In this document: positions 1-8,400 of the stretch, in pieces
How the letters are laid out: the number at the start of each line of letters is the position of its first letter
How positions within the stretch are numbered: the first letter of the stretch is position 1
NCBI GenBank assembly: GCA_044866005.1
Contig: JBIOTN010000111.1
Coordinates: 1-25,754 of the forward strand
From: Candidatus Rokuibacteriota bacterium
Lineage (GTDB): Bacteria; Methylomirabilota; Methylomirabilia; Rokubacteriales; DASRDR01
Direction of reading: 5' to 3'
Length of the DNA stretch: 25,754 bases
Program-made: the position numbers and the translations under genes
Notes under the pieces: generated by a model
Database searches by the model: none
Told to the model about the DNA's origin: nothing
The model's input: only the letters and a program-made list of their open reading frames with translations

Positions 1-2
1 GG

Positions 3-1025
3 TCAGGGGTGGATCAGCACCTTGAGCGCCTCGCCGCGACTCATCAGGGCCAGGGCTTCGGGCACGGCCTCGAGGCCCATCGCGTGCGTGACGAGCGGCG
101 TGGGGTCGACGTCGCCCTCGACCAGCAACCGGACGGCCCGCCGGATGAGGGCCGGGGTATGGTGGAACACGCCGAGCAGGCGGAGCTCCTCGTAGTGGAG
201 CCGCCGCGTGTCGACCCGGATGGTCGTCCCTGGAGCGCAGCCGCCGAAGAAGACGACGGTCCCCCCCTTGTCCACCGCCGCCACCCCCTGCTCCCAGACC
301 TCCGGCCGCCCGGTCGCGTCGATCGCGCAGCGCACGCTGCCACCGGCCGCGGCGCGGATGGCGCCCACCGGGTCGAGCGTCCGCGTGACGTCGACGCAGG
401 CGGCAAAGCCGAGCCTCGCGGCGATGTCGAACCGTGGCCCGGCCTTGCCCGCGACGACGACGCGGGCGCCGGCGGCCTGGGCGAGCAGCGCGAGCAGCAG
501 TCCGAGCGGCCCGTGGCCGAGGACGGCCACGGAATCGCCCGGCTCGATCGCGGCCCGGTCGATCGCGTGGAGGCAGCACGCCACCGGCTCCACGAACGCC
601 ACCCGGCCCGCGGGCACGTGCCGCGGGACCGACACCAGGTTCCGGACCACCACGCGCGCCGGCAGGACGATGTACTCGGCATAGGCGCCGTTGACGAAGA
701 GCAGGTCGTCGCAGAGGTTCGCCTGCCCCCGCGCGCAGGCCGGGCAGCCGTCGCAGGGCGCGGAGTTCGCGGCCACCGCGCGCTCGCCCACGCGGAAGCC
801 GTCCACCCCGGCGCCCAGCGCCGTCACGATGCCCGCGAACTCGTGACCGAAGACGGTCGGCACCTTCGGGATCATCACGGGGTGACCGCGCCGTAGCGTC
901 TTCACGTCGGTCCCGCAGGTGAGCGCGGCCTCGATCCGCACGAGCACCTCGCCCGGGCCCGGCTCCGGGACGCGGACCTCCTCGTAGCGGAGCTCGCCGG
1001 GGCCGTAGAAGACCTGGGCCCTCAT
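3..1025 (-). CDS. Zn-dependent alcohol/polyol dehydrogenase (MDR family, sorbitol/threonine dehydrogenase-like)
   Basis: Catalytic Zn motifs CGTD and GHE, structural Zn CDGCPACARGQANLC, Rossmann GHGPLG; its ATG overlaps the upstream TGA (ATGA, 1022-1025). Confidence 0.9.
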   Translation of the reverse strand: MRAQVFYGPGELRYEEVRVPEPGPGEVLVRIEAALTCGTDVKTLRRGHPVMIPKVPTVFGHEFAGIVTALGAGVDGFRVGERAVAANSAPCDGCPACARGQANLCDDLLFVNGAYAEYIVLPARVVVRNLVSVPRHVPAGRVAFVEPVACCLHAIDRAAIEPGDSVAVLGHGPLGLLLALLAQAAGARVVVAGKAGPRFDIAARLGFAACVDVTRTLDPVGAIRAAAGGSVRCAIDATGRPEVWEQGVAAVDKGGTVVFFGGCAPGTTIRVDTRRLHYEELRLLGVFHHTPALIRRAVRLLVEGDVDPTPLVTHAMGLEAVPEALALMSRGEALKVLIHP

Positions 1026-2044
1026 CGCTCCACCCCCGCCGCGCCGGCGACCTCGACGTAGACCTTCAGCGCCTCGCGGCGCTCCATCAGACGCGCCGCC
1101 TCGTCGAGCCGCTCGAGCGGCAAGCGGTGCGAGCAGAGCTCGGCCAGGCGGATCGCGCCCGTGACGACGAGCCCGAATGCCTCGGCCAGGTCGGCCGGCG
1201 AGGAGGAATAGGTCGCCGTGAGGGTGAGCTCCCGGTGGTAGATCTCACCGACCGGCAGCGGCCCCTCGCCGTCACCGACGAAGAGGTGAACGGCCCCGCC
1301 GTCCCGGGCCCATGCGAGGGCCTGACGGACGAGGGCCGGCGCGCCGGCCGTGAGGATGACGCAGTCGGCGCCCCTCCCGTCGCTGGCGGCCGCCCGCGCG
1401 GCGGCCACGCCCTCCGGCGCGGCGGCGGTGGCCCCCAGCGCGCCGGCCAGCTCGCGGCGCGCGGCCAGGAGATCCGTCCCGACCACCCGCGCGCCGGCGC
1501 GGCCCGCGAGCTGCACGAGGAGCCCGCCGATCGCGCCCAGCCCCACCACGAGCACGGTGTCGCCGGGCCCCACCCCGCTGCGCCGGATCGCGCGCAGGCA
1601 GCAGGCGAGCGGCTCCGTGAACGCCGCGACGGCGTCGGGGATCCCGGCCGGCACGTGGAACGTGGCGTGGGCGACGTTCGCGGGCGGGACGCGCACGTAC
1701 TCGGCGAACCCACCCGGATCGAGGCTCGACTCCCGGAACGTCCGGCACATGGAGGAGCTGCCTCGCCGGCAGTAGTGACAGGCGAAACAGGGGACGTGGT
1801 GGGCGACCACGACGCGGTCGGCGGGGGCGAAGCCCGTGACGCCGTCGCCGACGCCCACGACGTCGCCGACGACCTCGTGGCCGAGCACGGTGGGCAGGCG
1901 GCTCGGCGACCGGAGCTTGGCGAGGTCCGAGCCGCACAGCCCGCAGCCCCGCACCCGCACGAGGAGCTCTCCGGGACCGATGCTCGGGGTCGGACGCTCT
2001 TCCAGGCGGATCACCCCCGGCGCGGTGGTGACCGCCGTCCTCAT
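1022..2044 (-). CDS. Zn-dependent alcohol/polyol dehydrogenase (MDR family), second paralog
   Basis: C-terminal 340 aa of ORF 1022..3607. True start taken as ATG 2044 (MRTAVTTAPG), which overlaps the hpnD stop (ATGA). Motifs CGSD, GHE, CFACHYCRRGSSSMC, GLGAIG. Confidence 0.9.
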   Translation of the reverse strand: MRTAVTTAPGVIRLEERPTPSIGPGELLVRVRGCGLCGSDLAKLRSPSRLPTVLGHEVVGDVVGVGDGVTGFAPADRVVVAHHVPCFACHYCRRGSSSMCRTFRESSLDPGGFAEYVRVPPANVAHATFHVPAGIPDAVAAFTEPLACCLRAIRRSGVGPGDTVLVVGLGAIGGLLVQLAGRAGARVVGTDLLAARRELAGALGATAAAPEGVAAARAAASDGRGADCVILTAGAPALVRQALAWARDGGAVHLFVGDGEGPLPVGEIYHRELTLTATYSSSPADLAEAFGLVVTGAIRLAELCSHRLPLERLDEAARLMERREALKVYVEVAGAAGVER

Positions 2045-2889
2045 GCGGGAAGCTGTGCCCGGAGGTAGACGCCCAGCGCGAGGGCGAGCTTGCGGGGAGC
2101 CGAGAGGCTGACGCGGCGATCGAACACGCGGAAACGCCGCCCCTCGATCGTGCGCAGGAGGGCGTGGTAGATCTGCCCCATGATCTCGGCCGCGACGAGC
2201 CGGCGGCGGTCCGCCCGCGGGAGCGCCGCCCGCGCGGCCCGGTAGTACGCGTGGGTCCGATCCGCCTGGAAGCGCATCAGCTCGAGATACGCCTTCGTGT
2301 ACCGGCCACGGAGCAGCTCCTCCTCCGGATACCCGAAGCGCCGCAGCTCGTCCAGCGGGAGGTAGATGCGGCCGCGCTCGGCGTCCACCTTGAGGTCGCG
2401 GAGGATGTTCGTGAGCTGGAGCGCCACGCCGAGGTTCACCGCGTAGTCCCGCGCCCGGAGGTCCGTGTAGCCGAAGATCTCGATGCACGCCAGCCCGACC
2501 GCCGACGCGACCCGGTAGCAGTACTCGGACAGCTCCTCGAAGCTCGCGTAGCGGCGCTTCTCGATGTCCATCTCGACGCCGTCGAGAACCGCCTCCAGGT
2601 GCTCGTGACGAATGGGAAAGGCCCGGACGACCTCGGCGAGCTGCCCGGCGATCGGCTGCGTCGGGTGCCCCGCGTAGGCCCGCCGCAGCTCGGCACGCCA
2701 TTCGGCGAGGATGCGGCGCTGATCGCTCGGGCTCCCGCCGCCCTGGTCGACGGCGTCGTCGACCGTGCGGCAGAACGCGTAGAGCGCGTACATCGCCTCG
2801 CGTTTTCGGCGGGGAAGGAAGAGAAACGAATAGTAGAAGTTCGACCCGCTGCGGCGGGTCAGTGTGGCGACGAGGTCGGCTGAGTTCAT
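2041..2889 (-). CDS. hpnD: Presqualene diphosphate synthase (squalene/phytoene synthase family)
   Basis: SGSNFYYSFLFLP, YAFCRTVDDAVD (DDxxD), YCYRVASAVG, LQLTNILRDLKVDAERGRIYLP; hopanoid cluster context. Confidence 0.85.
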   Translation of the reverse strand: MNSADLVATLTRRSGSNFYYSFLFLPRRKREAMYALYAFCRTVDDAVDQGGGSPSDQRRILAEWRAELRRAYAGHPTQPIAGQLAEVVRAFPIRHEHLEAVLDGVEMDIEKRRYASFEELSEYCYRVASAVGLACIEIFGYTDLRARDYAVNLGVALQLTNILRDLKVDAERGRIYLPLDELRRFGYPEEELLRGRYTKAYLELMRFQADRTHAYYRAARAALPRADRRRLVAAEIMGQIYHALLRTIEGRRFRVFDRRVSLSAPRKLALALGVYLRAQLPA

Positions 2890-2939
2890 GCTGGCTCGGG
2901 ACCTCGCGACGGGGAGCTGCTTCGGCGCCGCGGCTGCTT

Positions 2940-2945
2940 ATTATA
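2940..2945 (-). promoter_or_regulatory. Consensus -10 box TATAAT upstream of hpnD (probable internal promoter)
   Basis: ATTATA on + (TATAAT on -) lies 50 nt upstream of the hpnD ATG in GC-rich intergenic DNA; no recognisable -35. Confidence 0.55.
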
Positions 2946-3002
2946 CACTGCGTCGATCGGGCCGGCCGGGGACCCCGGGGCGTCGGCCCGCGCCACGCGG
3001 GA

Positions 3003-3656
3003 TCACGGCGCCCGCCCGCACCCGGCTCCGGCCGGTCGGTCCCCGGCGCACGCATCCCCCCGGACGTTCCACCACGTCCAGGCGCCGTCCTCCCGGCCGT
3101 CCCGGTACTCGCCTTCCCGCTCCTTCCGGCCGCTCGGGTACCAGGAGGTCCACCGGCCCTGCCGGAGGCCCTCGCGATACTCGCCCTCGTCGAGCGTCGC
3201 GCCGTTGGCGTGCCAGCGCGTCCACCGGCCCTCAGCCTTCCCGCCGCGAAACTCGCCCGCTTCCTTGGGGAGGCCGTTTTCGTGCCAGAAGACCCAGCGG
3301 CCGGCCTTCGCCCCTCCGGCGAACGCCCCGTCGATCTTCTTGCCTCCCCCCGGGTACCAGGCGCGGTACGGACCTTCTCGGATCGGCCCCCCGGCCCGGT
3401 CCCGCGCCGCGCACCACGCCTCGCGGCCGGCCGGTGAGGTCGCCTCGACCAGCTCCGTCCCCCCTGGGCACGCCAGGGCCGGACGACGGGCCAGGAGCGA
3501 CGTGAGGCCGGCGACGGCGCCGACGACGGCGAGGCCCACCAGGACGCCGCGCCAGGGCCCGCCGGCACGGCGGCGAGAGCGAGCTGTCGGCTCGCCGTGC
3601 GGCCCACGGAGGGGCGCCGCGCTCCGGGCCTCGGTCACCGCGCCGGCGTCCGTCAC
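3003..3656 (-). CDS. Membrane-anchored MORN-variant repeat protein (YwqK-like)
   Basis: GTG 3656 overlaps the hpnA stop (GTGA). One hydrophobic helix (GVLVGLAVVGAVAGLTSLL), then about five 24-aa repeats G-x-W/Y-x-x-W-[YH]-x-x-G...G-x-[FY]-x-x-G. Confidence 0.7.
   Translation of the reverse strand: MTDAGAVTEARSAAPLRGPHGEPTARSRRRAGGPWRGVLVGLAVVGAVAGLTSLLARRPALACPGGTELVEATSPAGREAWCAARDRAGGPIREGPYRAWYPGGGKKIDGAFAGGAKAGRWVFWHENGLPKEAGEFRGGKAEGRWTRWHANGATLDEGEYREGLRQGRWTSWYPSGRKEREGEYRDGREDGAWTWWNVRGDACAGDRPAGAGCGRAP
3056..3377 (-). repeat. About five tandem 24-aa (72-bp) MORN-variant coding repeats, the last partial
   Basis: EGPYRAWYPGGGKKIDGAFAGG / AGRWVFWHENGLPKEAGEFRGG / EGRWTRWHANGATLDEGEYREG / QGRWTSWYPSGRKEREGEYRDG / DGAWTWWNVRG. 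Confidence 0.75.
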
Positions 3657-4684
3657 GCCGGCCTCCGCCGCGCCGGCCGCCCCGCCGTCGGGCGCGCGGC
3701 GTATCCGTGGGCCCAGAACCAGTCCACGGCGTCCCGGAGCGCGCGGTCCACGGGGGTCTGCGGGAGCCCGAGCTCCCGTATCGCCTTGGCGGGATCGAAG
3801 AACATGCGCTTGCCGGCCATCCGCACCGCCGTGCGGGATGCCAGGGGCGGGCGCCGGGTCACGCGCGAGACCGCTTCGAGCGCGGCCGCGATCCCGAGCG
3901 CCGCGCCGTACGGCAACCGCCACCGCGGCGCCGCGATTCCCGTGTACGCCGCGAGCTGCTCGAAGATCTGGCGCAGCTCGAGGTTCCCGGCGGCGTTCCC
4001 GAGGATGTAGCGCTCGCCCACCCGGCCGCGCTCGGCCGCCAGGATGTGGCCGCGGGCCACGTCGCGAACGTGCACCAGGTTCAGGCCCGTGTCGAGATAC
4101 GCGAACATGCGACGGCGCAGGTAATCCACGAGCATCTTGCCCGTGGGGGTCGGCTTCCAGTCCCAGGGCCCGATCGGCGCCGACGGGTTGACGATGACGA
4201 CCGGCACGCCTCGCGCGGCGGCGGCCTCCGCCTCCCGCTCGGCGAGGAATTTCGACCGCTTGTAGTCCCCCACCATGGCCTCGAGCGTGACCGGGGTCGC
4301 CTCGGTGCCGGGCGCCCCGTCCGGCGACAGCCCGAGCGTGCCGACGCTCGAGGTGTAGACGATCCGTGACACGCCAGCCGCCTCCGCGGCGGCGAGGAGC
4401 GCCCGCGTGCCGGCCACGTTGACCCGGTAGAGCAGGGCCGGGTCGGGCGCCCAGAGCCGGTAATCGGCCGCCACGTGGTAGAGAAGGCGCACGTCGGCCA
4501 CCGCGGCGGCGAGCGAGGCCGGGTCCAGGAGGTCGCCGACCACCATCTCCACGGGCAGGTCGGCCAGCGCGCGGCGGTCGCTTTGCGGACGGACGAGGAC
4601 CCGGACCCTCGCGCCGGCCAGGACGAGCTCGTGGACGAGATTCGCCCCGATGAAGCCGGTCCCGCCCGTCACCAACACCCTCAC
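3653..4684 (-). CDS. hpnA: Hopanoid-associated NAD-dependent epimerase/dehydratase (dihydroflavonol-4-reductase-like extended SDR)
   Basis: VTGGTGFIG, HVAADYRLW, YKRSK (YxxxK), PWDWKPTPTG; GGAGG SD before GTG 4684; hopanoid cluster. Confidence 0.88.
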   Translation of the reverse strand: MRVLVTGGTGFIGANLVHELVLAGARVRVLVRPQSDRRALADLPVEMVVGDLLDPASLAAAVADVRLLYHVAADYRLWAPDPALLYRVNVAGTRALLAAAEAAGVSRIVYTSSVGTLGLSPDGAPGTEATPVTLEAMVGDYKRSKFLAEREAEAAAARGVPVVIVNPSAPIGPWDWKPTPTGKMLVDYLRRRMFAYLDTGLNLVHVRDVARGHILAAERGRVGERYILGNAAGNLELRQIFEQLAAYTGIAAPRWRLPYGAALGIAAALEAVSRVTRRPPLASRTAVRMAGKRMFFDPAKAIRELGLPQTPVDRALRDAVDWFWAHGYAARPTAGRPARRRPA

Positions 4685-4791
4685 GCCGCGCCTCCGGTGC
4701 AGCCCGCGCCGGGCCGAGACCCCAGCAGCCCTCGGCAGGGCCGAGCCGGACTCCGGGATTCGACCCTGTGCCGGGGGGAGGCAGGCCCGAT

Positions 4792-4863
4792 GCGTTCGCC
4801 GAAGGGCGAACGCCGCGGCTTCGCCGCGAGGGCCGTCGGAAGGGGGGCGAAGCCCCCCTCCGA
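4792..4863. repeat. Composite triple-hairpin intergenic element (REP-like), copy 1
   Basis: GCGTTCGCC-GAAG-GGCGAACGC (4792-4813); CGCGGC-TTC-GCCGCG (4814-4828); TCGGAAGGGGGGC-GAA-GCCCCCCTCCGA (4836-4863). A related copy is at 21882-21942. Confidence 0.65.
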
Positions 4864-4880
4864 GAGAGATCGGGACGGCG

Positions 4881-6062
4881 TCAAAAGGGGTAGTCCAGGC
4901 CCACGAAGATGGCCGGCCCCTCGCGGCTCACCCCGACCTCGATGTGTCCGACCACGCTCGGCGGCGCGATGCCGCGAAAGCCGATCCCGGGCGTGACCTC
5001 GAACCCCCGGTCCACGAACTGGTCGACCGTGTTGAACACCTTGCCCACGTCCACGAACGGGGCCGCCTCGAAATCGGCCGTCACGCCGAAGACGTGCAGC
5101 CGGAGCACGCGCACCCGCGTTTCGAGGTTGAGCAGCACGCGGGCGTCGCCGAAGAACCGGTTCTGGCTGAAGCCCCGGAGCGTCGTGGCCCCGCCGAGGG
5201 ACGGCCGCACCTGGAACGGTGTGTCCGAGTCGCCGGTCAGCGCCTCCACCAGGCCACGCGAGACGACGGTCACGCGCTCCGTGAAGAGCGGACGGAGGTA
5301 CACGACCTCCGCACCCGACTTGACGTAGTCACTGCCGCTCCCGAGCACCTCCGAGGAGGCCTCGCCGAACACGCTCAGCAGGAGCCCGCGGCTCGGCGTG
5401 CTGAGCGAGTCGCGGTCGTCATACGTCAGGGCCACCCGCTGCGCGTGCACGGTCGCGCCCCGCACTCCCGGCAGGTCCCGGAACCGATCTCCGGTGAACG
5501 GCAGCCTCGGCACGCCGCCGCGCGAGACCTCGAAGCGCTGGACGGCCTCGCCGAGGGAGAGCCGCGCCGTCGGCGTGATGTTCACGCCGAAGGTCGCGTA
5601 CAGCCCCGTGACCTCGAGCGTCATGTTCGTCTCGTTCTCCTTCTTCGACTCGGGACCGAGGCCGAAGAAGCGGATCGCGGCGTCACGGTCGTGCAAGAAC
5701 TGGGTGTCCACGTGGAAGCGCTCGGCGAAGAGGCCGAGGTTCCGGTAGTGGAGATCGAGCTTCCGCTCGATCCGCTGCGAGTACCCCGCCACCACGTCCA
5801 CCCGCTCGGCCGCGCTGGGGTAGCCGAAGTAGCGGAAGGTCCCGGTCACACCCCGGATCTCGTTGTAGGTCACCGAGGGCGCGATGATCGAGCGGACGTG
5901 GTCGGCCTCGTCGCGAAAGAGGAAGACGGGCAGGAGCCCGTAGGTCTCGCCCGCGTTCGGATCCGTGTCGAAGGCCGGCAGCGGGATGAACGAGACCTCG
6001 GCGGCCGCCGTGAGCGGCTGCCACGCGACGAGTCCGAACAGGAGGACAGCCAGACGCCTCAG
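4881..6062 (-). CDS. Omp85/BamA-TamA family outer-membrane beta-barrel (bacterial surface antigen domain)
   Basis: Signal peptide (LRRLAVLLFGLVAWQPLTAAA), Omp85 loop motif LGGATTLRGF, amphipathic strands, C-terminal VGLDYPF. Start uncertain; CTG 6062 overlaps the upstream TGA. Confidence 0.75.
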   Translation of the reverse strand: MRRLAVLLFGLVAWQPLTAAAEVSFIPLPAFDTDPNAGETYGLLPVFLFRDEADHVRSIIAPSVTYNEIRGVTGTFRYFGYPSAAERVDVVAGYSQRIERKLDLHYRNLGLFAERFHVDTQFLHDRDAAIRFFGLGPESKKENETNMTLEVTGLYATFGVNITPTARLSLGEAVQRFEVSRGGVPRLPFTGDRFRDLPGVRGATVHAQRVALTYDDRDSLSTPSRGLLLSVFGEASSEVLGSGSDYVKSGAEVVYLRPLFTERVTVVSRGLVEALTGDSDTPFQVRPSLGGATTLRGFSQNRFFGDARVLLNLETRVRVLRLHVFGVTADFEAAPFVDVGKVFNTVDQFVDRGFEVTPGIGFRGIAPPSVVGHIEVGVSREGPAIFVGLDYPF

Positions 6063-6820
6063 GGCCGGAGCCCGATGAAGACGGTGAGGAAGCGCGCGAG
6101 CCGGTCGAGCGCCAGGCGCGAGCGCCGGCGCAGTCGCCAGGCGGCGGCGAGGAGCGCGGGCCGCCCGACCCAGGCGAGCGCGGCGCCCGGTCGCGTGCGC
6201 CCGTCGGCCGCGACGGCCCGGAGCAGCGCGGGCGGCAGCGCGTCCTCGGGTCCGTCGGCGACCGCGCGCACCGCGAGGGCCGGAACCCCCGCGGCCGCGG
6301 CCCAGGCGAGGACGAGCGCGCTCTCCATGTCCACGGCGAGGGCGCCCTGCGTGCGCCAGCAGTCGGCCTTGGCCGCGGGCGTCGCCACGACGCCGGGGAC
6401 GGTGAGCAGCCGGCCGGCCCGGTAGGGGAGGCCGGCGAGCGCCAGGGCCCGGACGGCCCGTGCGGCCGTCGCCGCAGGCGGCGTGAGCCACGTGCCCGCC
6501 GCCGTCGGACCCACCGGATCGCCGAGCACGATCTCGCCCGGCACGAGGTCGGGCGCGCACCCGCCGGCCAGGCCCGTGACCAGGATCTCCCGCGGCCGGA
6601 TCGTGGCGAGCCAGGGCAGGATCCGGGGGAAGTTCGCCGAGCCCGGCCCGACGGTACGGAACACCACGTCCGACGCGGCCGGCGCGTCCGGCGGGCGCCG
6701 GAGCGCACGGGCAAGGCTGCGCGCTTCGAACTGCACCGCCACGAGGACGAGCAGAGGCCGGCCGGCGCTCTCCACGGCGAGGGTCGCCCCGCGTTGCCGG
6801 TCGGCGTCCTGTCCGGCCAC
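6059..6820 (-). CDS. hpnG: Nucleoside phosphorylase family protein (PNP_UDP_1), hopanoid-associated HpnG-like
   Basis: TVGPG, ILVTGLAGG...PGEIVL, ALAVDMES, VRAVAD motifs of the MTA/SAH nucleosidase fold; near hpnH. Start uncertain (GTG 6820 or 6775). Confidence 0.72.
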   Translation of the reverse strand: MAGQDADRQRGATLAVESAGRPLLVLVAVQFEARSLARALRRPPDAPAASDVVFRTVGPGSANFPRILPWLATIRPREILVTGLAGGCAPDLVPGEIVLGDPVGPTAAGTWLTPPAATAARAVRALALAGLPYRAGRLLTVPGVVATPAAKADCWRTQGALAVDMESALVLAWAAAAGVPALAVRAVADGPEDALPPALLRAVAADGRTRPGAALAWVGRPALLAAAWRLRRRSRLALDRLARFLTVFIGLRP

Positions 6821-6827
6821 CGTGGGT

Positions 6828-7199
6828 TCAGCCGGCCTTCGGCTGGGCACCGCCCGCGGCGGCCGACCCAGCCCGTTCTCTCTCCCTCCGTTCGAGCCAG
6901 GCGGCGTACGACGAGCCCGCCGCCGGGTCACGGCCGGTGAACTTGACGTTCCGGATCTCCGCGTAGCGGATCGTGAAGGGGCCCGCGCCCGTGGCATCGA
7001 AGACCTGGACGAACGGATCGGGGACGTCGCCGTTCCGGTTGAAGAGGTAGCCTTCGATCTCGGTGCCGTCGGTCGTCACCACGGTCGTGTTGCCCCGGTA
7101 GTCGAAGGCCAGGTCGATCACGCGGGCGAGGGTGAGGTCGCCGCCGATCTCCGGCACCCACCCTTCCAGATTCTCCGGCACCCGCCCGTCTTCCGCCAC
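6828..7199 (-). CDS. Hypothetical protein (AFDYRG motif), possibly Sm/LSm-like fold
   Basis: Protein-like composition (LAFDYRGNTTVVTTDGTEIEGYLFNR...FTGRDPAAGSSYAAW) with GC-rich third positions; co-oriented inside the cluster. Start GTG 7199 is inferred. Confidence 0.7.
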   Translation of the reverse strand: MAEDGRVPENLEGWVPEIGGDLTLARVIDLAFDYRGNTTVVTTDGTEIEGYLFNRNGDVPDPFVQVFDATGAGPFTIRYAEIRNVKFTGRDPAAGSSYAAWLERRERERAGSAAAGGAQPKAG

Positions 7200-7377
7200 G
7201 ACGGCCTGCCCTACGCCACCATCACGCAAGTATGGGATGGGCCGGGCCGAGACGCGAGCAGATCAAGGACGCAGGCCCGACGCGCACCGAGGCGTATGCC
7301 GGCCCCCCCACCCAGCCCTGTGAGGAGGGCCGCCGACGACCGAGGACGCCGGGATGCGACGGTTATCGGCCCGGCGG

Positions 7378-8400
7378 TTAGAGGCGGCCGGAGACGGTCG
7401 CCCACACCGTATCCCTGAACCCCTTCCACGTCGTGAAGGTCTCGTTCACCGCGGTCGGCTCGAAGCCGCAATGGACCATGCAGTCGCGGCACTTCGGGTT
7501 ACCGCTCTTCCGGCCGTAGCTCTCCCAGCGCGTGGTGGCGAGCAGCTCGGCGAAGCTCGCGGCGTAGCCTTCCTGCAGGAGATAGCACGGCCGCTGCCAC
7601 CCGAAGACGTTGAAGGTCGGGTTTCCCCACGGCGTGCACTCGTAGTCCCGCTTGCCGGCGAGGAATTGCAGGAAGAGCGGCGACTGGTTGAACCTCCAGC
7701 GCCGGTTCGGCCGCTCCAGGATCTGCGCGAAGAGCCGCTGGGTCTTTCGCGTCGCCAGGAAGTGCTCCTGGTCGGGAGCCTTGGCGTAGCTGTAGCCGGG
7801 CGAGACCATCATCCCCTCGACGCCGAGGTCCGTCATCGCGTCGAAGAACTCGCGAACGCGCGGCGGCGACGCGCCCTCGAAGAGGGTCGTGTTGGTGGTG
7901 ACCCGGAAGCCGCGGCGCAACGCCTCGCGGATCCCCTCCACTGCCCGGTCGTAAACCCCCTCGCGGCACACGGCCTCGTCGTGCTCCTCGCGCAACCCGT
8001 CCATGTGGACGCTGAAGCTCAGGTACTTCGACGGGGTGAAGACCCCCGCCTCGAGCTTCTCCTTCAGGAGGAGCGCGTTCGTGCAGAGGTAGACGTACTT
8101 CTTGCGCCGGATCAGCTCGTCGATGAGCCGCCCGATCTCCGGGTACATGAGCGGCTCACCGCCCGGGACCGAGACGATCGGCGCGCCACACTCCTCGACC
8201 GCCTGCAGGCACGCCTCGACCGAAAGGTGCTTTTTGAGGATCTGCGGCGGGTACTGGATCTTGCCGCACCCGGCGCAGGCGAGGTTGCAGCGGAACAAGG
8301 GCTCGAGCATCAACACGAGAGGGTAGCGCGTTCGGCCCCGGAGTCGCTGTCTCACGACATACGAGGCGACGGCCCACATCTGGGACAGCGGTACGCTCAC
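7378..8400 (-). CDS. hpnH: Adenosyl-hopene transferase, radical SAM
   Basis: YPLVLMLEPLFRCNLACAGCGKIQYP (CxxxCxxC), GGEP, CTPWGNPT, WQRPCYLL, CRDCMVHCGFEPTAV, all characteristic of HpnH. Confidence 0.95.
   Translation of the reverse strand: MSVPLSQMWAVASYVVRQRLRGRTRYPLVLMLEPLFRCNLACAGCGKIQYPPQILKKHLSVEACLQAVEECGAPIVSVPGGEPLMYPEIGRLIDELIRRKKYVYLCTNALLLKEKLEAGVFTPSKYLSFSVHMDGLREEHDEAVCREGVYDRAVEGIREALRRGFRVTTNTTLFEGASPPRVREFFDAMTDLGVEGMMVSPGYSYAKAPDQEHFLATRKTQRLFAQILERPNRRWRFNQSPLFLQFLAGKRDYECTPWGNPTFNVFGWQRPCYLLQEGYAASFAELLATTRWESYGRKSGNPKCRDCMVHCGFEPTAVNETFTTWKGFRDTVWATVSGRL

Noticed and set aside
2041..2889. Phytoene synthase (crtB) call, which with the CruF-like gene would imply a carotenoid cluster
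   Set aside because: The SNFYYSF N-terminus and the shc/hpnH/hpnA context favour HpnD; no desaturase or carotenoid cyclase is in the window.
2045..3607. N-terminal 520 aa of the 861-aa ORF, suggesting a large dehydrogenase fusion
   Set aside because: Arg/Gly/Pro-rich off-frame read-through across hpnD and the MORN gene; the real start is ATG 2044.
4681..4884. 67-aa ORF bridging the Omp85 gene and hpnA with overlaps at both ends
   Set aside because: It runs through the hairpin repeat and has no protein-like features. It cannot be strictly excluded but is unsupported.
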